64,000 nucleotides of DNA, taken from Nanoarchaeota archaeon SCGC AAA011-G17 (GTDB lineage Archaea; Nanobdellota; Nanobdellia; SCGC-AAA011-G17). Location: assembly GCA_000402515.1 (NCBI GenBank), contig AQRL01000036.1, forward strand, positions 4,871-68,870. The letters run 5' to 3'. A program made the translations under genes and the position numbers. Shown piece by piece: positions 37,140-46,333 of this stretch (position 1 is the first letter of the stretch; every line of letters starts with the position of its first letter). The notes below the pieces were generated by a model. It was given only the letters and a program-made list of their open reading frames with translations. It searched no databases and was not told where the DNA came from.

Positions 37140-37788
37140 ATTTAACATAGGACATTTAACATGGGATACAGACATTATAGAACGTTTTTTGAAAACCAAA
37201 AGAAAAGAATTAATTGAACTGAGAAACCGTCTTTTAAAAATATATCCCGATCTTAAAAAAATAAAAAACAGAGATAATATTAGAAAATTTTTGTTAAAAG
37301 AGTATAAAGAAAATTTTAATGAAATTCATAAAAAGATAATATACTTTCATGAAAAATGGGAAAAAATAAATAATAAAGTTTTGAAAGCCATTTCAGATGT
37401 TATTGAAAGCAAGTGGGGGGACAAAAAGGTTATAATTGCATATGTTAGTGTTAATTCAATATGCCCAAGGAATTTGAAAAATTATACATTTTCTGTTTAT
37501 TATAAATCAAATGTTAAGAGGTTTTTACATGTCTGTGTTCATGAATTGGTTCACTTTTTATATTTTAAGAAACTAATAGAAATTTATCCCAAGATAGATA
37601 TAAAAACATTTAATGAAGGGAAGAGATGGAAATTAAGTGAAATTTTGGCTCCAATTTTAATGAATAATCCAAAAATAGTAAAAATTATTGGCAAGAGTGA
37701 CATCAGAAGTTATGTCTGTGATGAAAAAAACAAGCGAGAAATTCTGGAATCTATACCAAGAGAGTTTAAGAAAAAAAGAGAGTTTTGA
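37120..37788 (+). CDS. Hypothetical protein
   Basis: 222 aa; operonic with the GT. Confidence 0.3.
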   Translation: MKLPRVEFNIGHLTWDTDIIERFLKTKRKELIELRNRLLKIYPDLKKIKNRDNIRKFLLKEYKENFNEIHKKIIYFHEKWEKINNKVLKAISDVIESKWGDKKVIIAYVSVNSICPRNLKNYTFSVYYKSNVKRFLHVCVHELVHFLYFKKLIEIYPKIDIKTFNEGKRWKLSEILAPILMNNPKIVKIIGKSDIRSYVCDEKNKREILESIPREFKKKREF

Positions 37789-37826
37789 AATATTTTATAA
37801 AAAGTGTGAAAAGATTAAAATTTAAT

Positions 37827-40502
37827 TTATTTAGCTCTCATGAATGCAAAATTAATCTGCTTTTCTGACCAGCCGTTTTTTGCAAGTACATTTTTTATAT
37901 TTTTTTCAGGGATATTTTTAGATTTTGCGCTTTTTATGTAAGCAACTAGTTTATTTAATTCTACATTAGAAGAGAAGGGAATCTTCTGTTTTATTGAAAG
38001 CATTGCCATTAATTTCTGCACTGGCTTTATTGATGTTATATATCCTGGCTTGAAAACAGAAACTAGCTTTATTGCTCCTGCTACCAAAATAATTATTATT
38101 GTAATCACAAATGCTGTCCATGGGAAGCGCGAGCAGTCAGCTGGGCAGTTAGCTGGAGTTTCTCCCTTGGCTGTTTCACATTTGTTATTCCCGCAGGTAC
38201 AGTCTTCCGGACAGGACAGATAATCCTCTGCAGGGTTGCATATACTGTTCGGACAGTCAAAGGCAATCAGCTTGATGTTAAGATTTTCAGGGGTAAGGAT
38301 AGTGATTATTTTTGATATTGAAAGAAGATTGTCAGTGTTAAGAAGATAAATTATTGAGAGTTCATTTGTAAAGGAGTCAAAACGGTAATTTAGGGTTTGC
38401 TGGTTTACAACCTCGGGTGTTTCTTTTACTGGAGTTAATTGTGAAACAGATAAAGTGGATGGAAGAACTTGTTTTACAAATACTTTTTCAAGAGGGGCTT
38501 TTGTAGTAAATGTTTCTTTTACCAAAACAAAGGATTCCTGCGCTGCATTGATATAGGTTATCTTGACAATCTTTGCCTTGATCTCTTTTTCTATTTTTTC
38601 ATTTATATTCTGTATTGCAAGCTTTGATTCCTCCTGCTCTGCTGGATAGACTGAAGAGATATCACTATAAGTTAGATATGGCTTTATTGTAAGAGAATCC
38701 TGGACAGAGATTAATCTTGGTATTTTTTCTGAGATTGATGCTAATTGTTCATCTATATTAGACAGTTGTGATATGTTTAATTTTGTTTCATAATCATCCA
38801 GAGTAGCTTTTGAATTTTCTATTAAAGCGCCCAAGCCAAGATCTGTGTAAACCTCTTTTATCTCAGCTGGGGCTGTTTGATAGTAAGTATAGGCATTGTC
38901 AAAGCTGTATTTTGTCTCCTGAAAATTTAATGGGGTTCTTGAGATTAAGGTAGAGACTGTAAGCTCTTCTTTTCTTGGAACTGATATTCTTCCTTTTGCA
39001 TCCTTTACTATTAAAGTTACTGTGTATTTTCCTGATTTTGCAAAGGATTTTGTGACTTCTTTAGTTGTAAAACTGGTATTATCTGAGAAAGCCCAATTAT
39101 AAGATAGCAGGGAATCATCTGGTGAAGAAGAGCCCTCTGCTGAGAAAATTGCCTGTTCTCCTGGTGCTAAAAGAGCAGAGGAGATTGAGATATTTGCAAT
39201 TGGCTTTGGAATCACTGAAATATTTTTTTCATCTGAGTAGGATTTGAATTCTGCTTTTAATTTATAGGATTTTAGTTCTGCTGGGACATTCATAGAGAAT
39301 TTCTGCAGATCTATTGGGGTATCTGAGAAGAGCATTAAGGTGCCTGATTCCTCTTTTAAGTTAGCTGCAAATCTGCTTATTGTCCTTACTGTTCCCTGTA
39401 CCTGTTCCTCAAGAACAAGGTCTGATATTTTTAATTCATTAGCATCTCCTGTTTTAATATGAATAGGGATAACACAGTATTCCTTATTATTATAAATTGT
39501 GTAAACACAGTTCTGGAGATAAGCAGCCAGCTTTGTTATTAATAAACTGCCATCCTGATTTGACATAGTAATTGTTTCTTCGGACTTGAGAAAAGAATCA
39601 TGAGCTAATGGCTGGATATTAATTAAATAATCATAGCCGAGCTTTGTGCATTCCCCTCCTGATGAACATTCTGAATAGCCTTCTTTAAGTTCATTTTCTG
39701 CTGTTGTTTTTATCTTATTTGAAACACCTGATGAAAGGCAGAAAGAATAATAACCAATATCAAATATTCCTCTCTGGCCTGATTCTTCCAGAGTAATATT
39801 GCATTCAAGCCAGGCAAAATCTGCTGAGCTTACTGTTCCCTTGCATTTAGAATAATAAATCTCATTAAGGTCTTTGTCAAAAACAGAGACATAAGGGATT
39901 GTATTCTGGGTTGTTTTTACATAGGATTTTAATTTTATCTCCATTGTTTTTTGGGTAAATAATCTTTCACAGTTTGTTGTAATCCTCTGCTCCTCTGTAT
40001 TTTCTGTTGATGTAATTCCTTTGGCTTCTAAATAAGTTATTCCTGGAACACCATTGCTTGTCCAGTCTATTCCGTCATTTCCAAGGTCAATCTTTGGCTC
40101 CTGAACTGGATTAGCTAGTGGAGATATTTTAAAGCTGAACTGAGCATCTTCTGGAATAAGTGAATCTTTTGGGAAGAGAATTCCTACTGTAAAATCTGTT
40201 CCTGATGCATCCGGCAATAAAGAGCCTGAGGCAGAGTAATAGGAGTAAGATTCTTCATAATCCGCTGCTGCTAATAATTCCTTAAGGGTTTTTTCTTTTG
40301 CATCAGTAATTGTGAGCTTTACTTTTTCATTCTGCGAGTAAACTCCCTGCGGTATTATTAAAACACCTGAGAGCAGTTCATTCGGACCAAATTCATCTGG
40401 AGTTGCTAACTCAAAGGAAGAGACTGCATAAACAGGGAGAATTAAGAAAAACCCAGTTAGGAATACTACTGAAAAGAATGTCAAAATATTTTCGTTTTCC
40501 AT
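37827..40502 (-). CDS. Large surface protein (891 aa) with PKD domain, Cys-rich stalk and C-terminal TM anchor
   Basis: Signal/TM N-terminus; PKD-like LSYNWAFSDNTSFTTKEVTKSFAKSGKYTVTLIVKDAKG; CPNSICNPAEDYLSCPEDCTCGNNKC; TM FVITIIIILVAGAI. Confidence 0.6.
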   Translation of the reverse strand: MENENILTFFSVVFLTGFFLILPVYAVSSFELATPDEFGPNELLSGVLIIPQGVYSQNEKVKLTITDAKEKTLKELLAAADYEESYSYYSASGSLLPDASGTDFTVGILFPKDSLIPEDAQFSFKISPLANPVQEPKIDLGNDGIDWTSNGVPGITYLEAKGITSTENTEEQRITTNCERLFTQKTMEIKLKSYVKTTQNTIPYVSVFDKDLNEIYYSKCKGTVSSADFAWLECNITLEESGQRGIFDIGYYSFCLSSGVSNKIKTTAENELKEGYSECSSGGECTKLGYDYLINIQPLAHDSFLKSEETITMSNQDGSLLITKLAAYLQNCVYTIYNNKEYCVIPIHIKTGDANELKISDLVLEEQVQGTVRTISRFAANLKEESGTLMLFSDTPIDLQKFSMNVPAELKSYKLKAEFKSYSDEKNISVIPKPIANISISSALLAPGEQAIFSAEGSSSPDDSLLSYNWAFSDNTSFTTKEVTKSFAKSGKYTVTLIVKDAKGRISVPRKEELTVSTLISRTPLNFQETKYSFDNAYTYYQTAPAEIKEVYTDLGLGALIENSKATLDDYETKLNISQLSNIDEQLASISEKIPRLISVQDSLTIKPYLTYSDISSVYPAEQEESKLAIQNINEKIEKEIKAKIVKITYINAAQESFVLVKETFTTKAPLEKVFVKQVLPSTLSVSQLTPVKETPEVVNQQTLNYRFDSFTNELSIIYLLNTDNLLSISKIITILTPENLNIKLIAFDCPNSICNPAEDYLSCPEDCTCGNNKCETAKGETPANCPADCSRFPWTAFVITIIIILVAGAIKLVSVFKPGYITSIKPVQKLMAMLSIKQKIPFSSNVELNKLVAYIKSAKSKNIPEKNIKNVLAKNGWSEKQINFAFMRAK

Positions 40503-40544
40503 ATTACCTCTTTTTAAATAATATACAATAGAGTATATATAAAG

Positions 40545-41027
40545 TTAATGGATGCTTGTGACTATCTTGCTGATATTTTTAAAAAATTTAAAAGCGTGCT
40601 CTATAGATTCCTTAGCTGGCTCCAGATTTGCCTGCGGAAGCTTTTGGTATGTAAATTTTCCTCTTTTCTGCTTTTCTGCCTTAAATAATTCAAGCAATTC
40701 ATCTGCCCTTATAATCATACTGTTATATATCTTTAATAATTCTACATCCAAAATTCCAGTATCAACAAAATGCTTTTTGAATTCATCTAAAGTTTTTTTA
40801 TGAACTTCTGGAAAATCAGTCTTGATATTTTTTATCAGTAATAATGCCTTTGCACAGTAGAATATACAATAATAAGAATGCGATATGACTGCACTATAGA
40901 AGGTTATTCCCTGAGTAAGGTCAAGAGTTAGCTTTAGATTATCATTCTGTGAAACATCAAGCAAGGCTTTTGCCAAATCCCTTTCATTTTCTGCCCTCTG
41001 TAAGTACAAATTAACCAGTGAATCCAT
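40545..41027 (-). CDS. HEPN-domain protein (partner of the upstream nucleotidyltransferase)
   Basis: HEPN-like N-terminal helices LQRAENERDLAKALL...YYCIFYCAKALLLIKNI; 17-nt overlap with MNT gene. Confidence 0.55.
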   Translation of the reverse strand: MDSLVNLYLQRAENERDLAKALLDVSQNDNLKLTLDLTQGITFYSAVISHSYYCIFYCAKALLLIKNIKTDFPEVHKKTLDEFKKHFVDTGILDVELLKIYNSMIIRADELLELFKAEKQKRGKFTYQKLPQANLEPAKESIEHAFKFFKNISKIVTSIH

Positions 41028-41640
41028 TTTCTCCAGCCTCCTTTATTAATTCATAATATGCGTTTCCCCCCCAGATAATAAGGTGCTTTCTGTATATTTC
41101 TTTTCCAAGATTTTCCTCTTCCCTTAACAACATTTCCTTGAATTCCTCTTTTTCTATAATATGGTAATCAACAGTGATTATTTCTTTTCTTGCAACCTTT
41201 TCAATATACGGCTTTATTTTTATATTCTCTTTGTCTATAATAACTGCTATGTCCAAATCAGAGCCTTTTTTTTGAGTATAATCTGCATGGCTGCCAAATA
41301 CCAACAGAATAAAAAAAGGGGTTATATTTGATATACTTCTCCTTATTTCATTTAAAAGTTCATAAATGTCTTTTGACCATTTTGTTGTGCTTATATCTCC
41401 AAAGTCCAAGGGATCAAAGAATTTTATTAATCCAACGTCATTTAGATTGGCTTTGTATAGATAGCTGTTGTTTACTTTAATTTTCTCTAAAAATTTTAGT
41501 TCCACAAACTTCTTTAAACTATTATACACCCAAGTTTTAGACTCTTTTTTAGCCAGTTCCATTATATCATTAAAGGTTAATGGCTTTAACAGATTCTTTC
41601 TAAAAACATCCAATAATTTTAGTTCCTGTATTGTTATCAT
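41011..41640 (-). CDS. Minimal nucleotidyltransferase (MNT) with N-terminal wHTH
   Basis: LLVFGSHADYTQKKGSDLDIAVII = GS...DxD motif. Confidence 0.7.
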   Translation of the reverse strand: MITIQELKLLDVFRKNLLKPLTFNDIMELAKKESKTWVYNSLKKFVELKFLEKIKVNNSYLYKANLNDVGLIKFFDPLDFGDISTTKWSKDIYELLNEIRRSISNITPFFILLVFGSHADYTQKKGSDLDIAVIIDKENIKIKPYIEKVARKEIITVDYHIIEKEEFKEMLLREEENLGKEIYRKHLIIWGGNAYYELIKEAGENGFTG

Positions 41641-41846
41641 TTTTAGTAACGATTATTACTTATTTTAGTAATATATAAAGTTTTCTGTTAAGGATAAATT
41701 TTAAATGATTATATAAGTTAATGTTTTACAACGGTTTCTTGTTATCTATATACTCTTTAATCCTGTTAATAAACTCTTTTGGGTTTATTGGTTCACAACC
41801 AAGCTCTATGGAAAGGTTTAAATATAGTTACTTAGAAGTAGCTATT

Positions 41847-42245
41847 ATGTCAAAAGATGTTTTATTTGCGGATGATGATTTGCATTTTATTAGAGCGATT
41901 TCCAGGTTTATAGAAAAAAATGGGTTTAACACAGTAACTTTCACAGATTTTCATGGAGCTTTAGATTATGTTAGTAGAGAAAAACCATATGCTTACTTTG
42001 TGGATATGAAGCCTTTGGGGGTTGTCCCAGAGGATGACTCTCTTACAGAAAAACAAATAGAAATATTGGATTTACCAGAAAGAATCTTTGAGAAAGTTAA
42101 AAGAAGAGGTTTACAAGAAAAATTTTATTTTGTTTCTGGACATAGGAGTAAGCATGATATGGAGGTTTTAGCAAGAACTGGTGCTAATTATACTGATAAG
42201 ATGAGTTTATGTTATAGAATGAAAAAGATTTTTAGCGAAGTTTAG
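41847..42245 (+). CDS. CheY-like receiver-domain protein
   Basis: Start moved to MSKDVLFADDD (acidic pocket), FVDMKP phospho-acceptor region. Confidence 0.45.
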   Translation: MSKDVLFADDDLHFIRAISRFIEKNGFNTVTFTDFHGALDYVSREKPYAYFVDMKPLGVVPEDDSLTEKQIEILDLPERIFEKVKRRGLQEKFYFVSGHRSKHDMEVLARTGANYTDKMSLCYRMKKIFSEV

Positions 42246-42279
42246 ATGATTATATAAATTGATATTTCTTAGAAAAATT

Positions 42280-43449
42280 ATGAAAAAACCAGAGCTAATG
42301 AGCGGGGTTGGGAATTTTGTAACTTTACATGCTGCTATTGATGGTGGGGCAGATGCTGTTTATCTCGGCTTGAAAGAGTTTACAATGAGGGCAAATGCCA
42401 AGAATTTCAGCTTAAATGAGGTCAAGAAGGTAATTGAGTTATGCCATAATAAAAAGGTTAAGGTTTATGTTACTCTAAATACAATAATCTATGATAAAGA
42501 GATTAAGAAAATAGAGAATATTATTAAAAAACTAAAAGATGCTGATGGTGTTATTTTCTGGGACTTGTCTGTTTTGGAATTATTAAAGAAATACAAGATA
42601 AAACCAATTTTAAGCACACAGGCTTCTGTAAGTAATTTTGAAAGCGCTAAATTCTATTATGAGCTTGGAGTAAAAAGGATTGTTCTTGCAAGAGAGCTGA
42701 GTTTAGAGCAGATAAAAGAGATTATCAAGAAGATTAAGAAAGAGAAACTGGATTTAGAGATTGAATGCTTTATTCACGGGGCAATGTGTGTCTCTGTTTC
42801 TGGAAGATGCTTTAGTTCACAATTTCTTTTTAACAGGAGTGCAAACAGAGGAGATTGCTTACAGCCATGCAGGAGGGAGTATATTATAAAAGATAAAGAT
42901 GAGGGCTATGAATTAGAATTAGATAATAACTTTGTAATGAGTGCCAAGGATTTATGCTGCCTGCCTTTTATTGATAAACTGATTAAAATTGGAGTAAATG
43001 CTTTCAAGATAGAGGGAAGGAACAGGGATGCAAGGTATGTTGCTGTAACAACTAAAATTTACAGGAAGGCTATTGATGGGAAAGCTGATAAGGATGATTT
43101 GAAGGAATTAGAAAAGGTGTATAACAGAGGATTTAGTTCTGGATTTTATTTTAATGTTCCTGGTAAAGATGAGTTTGTTAATCTCTATGGAAGCCTTGCT
43201 AAAGAGAAGAAGGTCTATGTCGGAAGGGTTGTTAATTATTTTGCTAAAGTTGGTGTTGCTGAGATTAAAACAGAGAATAGCTTTAAGATAAATGAAAGAA
43301 TGGTAATTGAAGGGGATACTACTGGATGTGTTGAGTTCTTAGCTGAGAGCTTTCATGACAACAGGAAAATTGCCAATAAGGGAGAAATTGTTGGTGTTAA
43401 ATCTCCTAAAGTCAGGAAAAGAGATAAGGTTTATGTTATTAGAACATAA
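42280..43449 (+). CDS. Peptidase U32 family protein (collagenase-like)
   Basis: N-terminal ELMSGVGNFVTLHAAIDGGADAVYLG and downstream pattern typical of U32. Confidence 0.7.
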   Translation: MKKPELMSGVGNFVTLHAAIDGGADAVYLGLKEFTMRANAKNFSLNEVKKVIELCHNKKVKVYVTLNTIIYDKEIKKIENIIKKLKDADGVIFWDLSVLELLKKYKIKPILSTQASVSNFESAKFYYELGVKRIVLARELSLEQIKEIIKKIKKEKLDLEIECFIHGAMCVSVSGRCFSSQFLFNRSANRGDCLQPCRREYIIKDKDEGYELELDNNFVMSAKDLCCLPFIDKLIKIGVNAFKIEGRNRDARYVAVTTKIYRKAIDGKADKDDLKELEKVYNRGFSSGFYFNVPGKDEFVNLYGSLAKEKKVYVGRVVNYFAKVGVAEIKTENSFKINERMVIEGDTTGCVEFLAESFHDNRKIANKGEIVGVKSPKVRKRDKVYVIRT

Positions 43450-43498
43450 CTATTAGCTGTCAATAATATTTATATTTAAATTCGGTTGGTTTTATTTT

Positions 43499-43903
43499 AT
43501 GGACCTTGATTTAAATTTTTATTATAATTTATCAGTTGAGGAATATAAGGAAATAGTATCTAAAAAAACCAATTCTTTTTTGGAAGAGAGCAAGGGATTG
43601 GAGGGAAAGATATCAGAATTAAGAGATAGTATCAGAAATTATAGAACTTCTGGAAATTACTTAAAAGAAACTGAGCAATATGATGAAATTTATGATTTAA
43701 TGCGAAAAATTTACTTCAGGGGGATTGAACTCGTAGATTTTTTAAATGAGATAGAACCTGAGGATGAAAAAATTATAACAACACACAATAATCTAATAAA
43801 GCAATTAGAAGAAGGAAATAAGAAAAACTTTGATAACTTATACTGGTTTATCGAAAAGCAATTGGAAGGCGTTATTCCGAGCGCATCAATAGTCCCTTGT
43901 TAG
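43499..43903 (+). CDS. Hypothetical protein
   Basis: 134-aa ORF. Confidence 0.3.
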   Translation: MDLDLNFYYNLSVEEYKEIVSKKTNSFLEESKGLEGKISELRDSIRNYRTSGNYLKETEQYDEIYDLMRKIYFRGIELVDFLNEIEPEDEKIITTHNNLIKQLEEGNKKNFDNLYWFIEKQLEGVIPSASIVPC

Positions 43904-44634
43904 TATTTTACATTCTTTTCAAAAACAAAAACAGTGCAGATAAAACCGCTATCGTTTAAATCCCTTTTTTTATCTAATTTAAAATTAAATTTTTCAAATA
44001 AATCAAGGTAGAACTGCTCTTCCCGGTTATAGTCTATTATTTTCCCTATCTTTGGCACATCGGAGTAGTGCAGCAGCTCCTTGTATTTTTTTCTGTCCAT
44101 TTCTATAATATTATTTTCAATAGAAAGGTCTCTTTTATCTTTTAATTTTTCTTCAAGATATTTTTCATTAGCCACAACTAGAATAAACCTGCCTTTTTTA
44201 TCCAGCATAGAGTAAATCTTTTGCGCTATTTTTTGTAAATCATCAAATCCAAAATGAGGAAATACATAGACTGCAGTAATAAAGTCAAATTTTTCATTTG
44301 TTTGCACATCCTGAAAGGTTTTATTATAAGTCTTTAGTTTAATATTTTTTTTAATTTTTATAGGATTCTTTATAAAATAACTATAATTCTTATCAGAGGG
44401 GTCACACCCTTCAATGGTTATATTTTTATAGCTTTTAGCTAAATCACGGCATAACATCTTGATAAAGAAACCTATTCCAAACCCAATATCAAATATTTTA
44501 ATACTGGGATCTTTTTTCTTCAGGATAATCTCTTTGATAATAAAATTATTTACAAAAGAGTTTATTTTTGTTTTTTCCTGATTTTCCCAATTAATCTTAT
44601 TATATTGTAAATAAAAGAAATTTTTATTCTTCAT
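43900..44634 (-). CDS. Class I SAM-dependent methyltransferase
   Basis: IFDIGFGIGFF motif I. Confidence 0.55.
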   Translation of the reverse strand: MKNKNFFYLQYNKINWENQEKTKINSFVNNFIIKEIILKKKDPSIKIFDIGFGIGFFIKMLCRDLAKSYKNITIEGCDPSDKNYSYFIKNPIKIKKNIKLKTYNKTFQDVQTNEKFDFITAVYVFPHFGFDDLQKIAQKIYSMLDKKGRFILVVANEKYLEEKLKDKRDLSIENNIIEMDRKKYKELLHYSDVPKIGKIIDYNREEQFYLDLFEKFNFKLDKKRDLNDSGFICTVFVFEKNVKY

Positions 44635-44674
44635 ACAGATAAAATTTAATTATTAGTATTAATAAAATTTTCTA

Positions 44675-45199
44675 TTATAAGTTTTTTATAACATTCTTCC
44701 CAATCTTAGCAGGCTTTACTATAATTTTAGCATTCTTAAATTTTAGATTCATTTCTTTTCCCTGAAAGTATTCATGCAAAAACAGAGATAAGGCAGCTAT
44801 TTCAGAATGGGGTTGGTTAGTAACAGAGAGATTAATATCAGCTAGATGATAAATCTCGGGAGGAACTTTTTCTGAGCCAACAACAACAAGGATTTTTTTA
44901 TTCCTGCGTATTTTAGTTATCTCTTTATTCAATTCCAAACCATAGCAGGTAAGATGAACAACAAAATAATTTTCCCTTTTTTTAGCTTTAATCAGCTCAA
45001 TTGGGTTCTTTACATATTCAATTGTAAAATCTCCTCCCCAGTTAGAAACTATTTTATTTACAGAGTCTTCGTAAGAGGAGTCATGCTGGCCAGAGTAATA
45101 TATTTTAGAAGCACCCAGAGCACGAGAAGATAAGGCACAATGAGTAGAGACACGGACATCACGTTTTAACCTGTGGCTTAAGCGGAGAACTTCTATCAT
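44675..45199 (-). CDS. trm56: tRNA (cytidine56-2'-O)-methyltransferase aTrm56 (SPOUT)
   Basis: LRLSHRLKRDVRVSTHCALSSRALGA ... LTCYG ... VVVGSEKVP matches aTrm56. Confidence 0.7.
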   Translation of the reverse strand: MIEVLRLSHRLKRDVRVSTHCALSSRALGASKIYYSGQHDSSYEDSVNKIVSNWGGDFTIEYVKNPIELIKAKKRENYFVVHLTCYGLELNKEITKIRRNKKILVVVGSEKVPPEIYHLADINLSVTNQPHSEIAALSLFLHEYFQGKEMNLKFKNAKIIVKPAKIGKNVIKNL

Positions 45200-45540
45200 T
45201 TTTTAATAATCCTCGTTTCTTTTAAAATTTCATCCATTACACTATCAATCAAATCAAAATTTATATTTTTATAGCCTTTGGATTCTCTTTTCTTAAGCTC
45301 CTTTTTCACTTTATTCCTAACCATTTCTTTTATTTCTTCAGCATCTTTCTCTGGAAATTCACTCTTGGGATTAATTTTTTCCCTATATCTTTTAGCAATC
45401 TCCAAACTGGTTAGAAACTCCCTATCATAATGCTTCCTAATATCCTCCTCATCTATGGCTTTTTCAAGAATTCTATGGATAACTGAATTAGAAACATTAC
45501 CAACAAAAATGTCAATCAGCTTATTCCTATTTTGACTCAT
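45196..45540 (-). CDS. Small charged protein overlapping the upstream nucleotidyltransferase fusion by 14 nt (candidate partner)
   Basis: 114 aa; no clear motif. Confidence 0.3.
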   Translation of the reverse strand: MSQNRNKLIDIFVGNVSNSVIHRILEKAIDEEDIRKHYDREFLTSLEIAKRYREKINPKSEFPEKDAEEIKEMVRNKVKKELKKRESKGYKNINFDLIDSVMDEILKETRIIKK

Positions 45541-46285
45541 TTTTAATTCCTTCCATTATTAATTTTTCTGTTTCATTATAAATTTTTTTATATTTTTTAT
45601 TAAACTCATTTTTATCTATTAAATTTTCTTTGATCTCTTCAAGACCAAACAGCTTGTTTATCTCAGAGTCCACTTTTGCCCTACTTACTTCTTTTTTAGT
45701 TATAAAAGTTTTTATGGCAATTATATTCCTTATTATTTCATATTTTTCTTTTCCTTTTAAAGATTCAAAATTATCAATTTTACTCTTTAGCAAATGCAAA
45801 TCCAACAGCTTATAACTTATCTTTCTCTTAATATTGTAAATAACCCTTTTTTTAGAGACGCATCTGCTCAGCATTAAATTATACAGGGGGTCTGTTTCCA
45901 AACCCTTAATCAAAGCATTATTTGTTATGCTGATTATATGCACTCTTATCCCCAAATAATTCTCCAAAATCTCTTCTTTTATCTTTCCTCCAATTATCAG
46001 GATATCTATATCATTAAACTGGAATCCCCTTTCCAAAAAAGAGCCTGTTATTATAATATTTTCATTATCTGTATTTTTGTCTATTGTTTGCATTATATTT
46101 TTTATTATTTCAACCTTTATTGGCTCTATAGTAACATTATAGAAATACGGCTTGATTTCCTGCTTTTCTGTTGTTAAAGGTTTTACAACTACATAAGAAC
46201 CTACTGGTATGGACTCCCTATTCTTTGGGATGTATATCTGGTCCATTTTACTCCCCTTGCTAACCTTTCCTATTAATTCTACCAT
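45527..46285 (-). CDS. Fusion protein: AbrB/MazE-like N-terminal domain + nucleotidyltransferase domain + helical C-terminal region
   Basis: KVSKGSKMDQIYIPKNRESIPVGSYVVV (swapped-hairpin-like) followed by ITGSFLERGFQFNDIDILIIG (GS...DxD). Confidence 0.5.
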   Translation of the reverse strand: MVELIGKVSKGSKMDQIYIPKNRESIPVGSYVVVKPLTTEKQEIKPYFYNVTIEPIKVEIIKNIMQTIDKNTDNENIIITGSFLERGFQFNDIDILIIGGKIKEEILENYLGIRVHIISITNNALIKGLETDPLYNLMLSRCVSKKRVIYNIKRKISYKLLDLHLLKSKIDNFESLKGKEKYEIIRNIIAIKTFITKKEVSRAKVDSEINKLFGLEEIKENLIDKNEFNKKYKKIYNETEKLIMEGIKNESK

Positions 46286-46333
46286 GTTACGTAATAGTAC
46301 GTTAAAATATATAAATGTTTCTATTCTCTAAAA

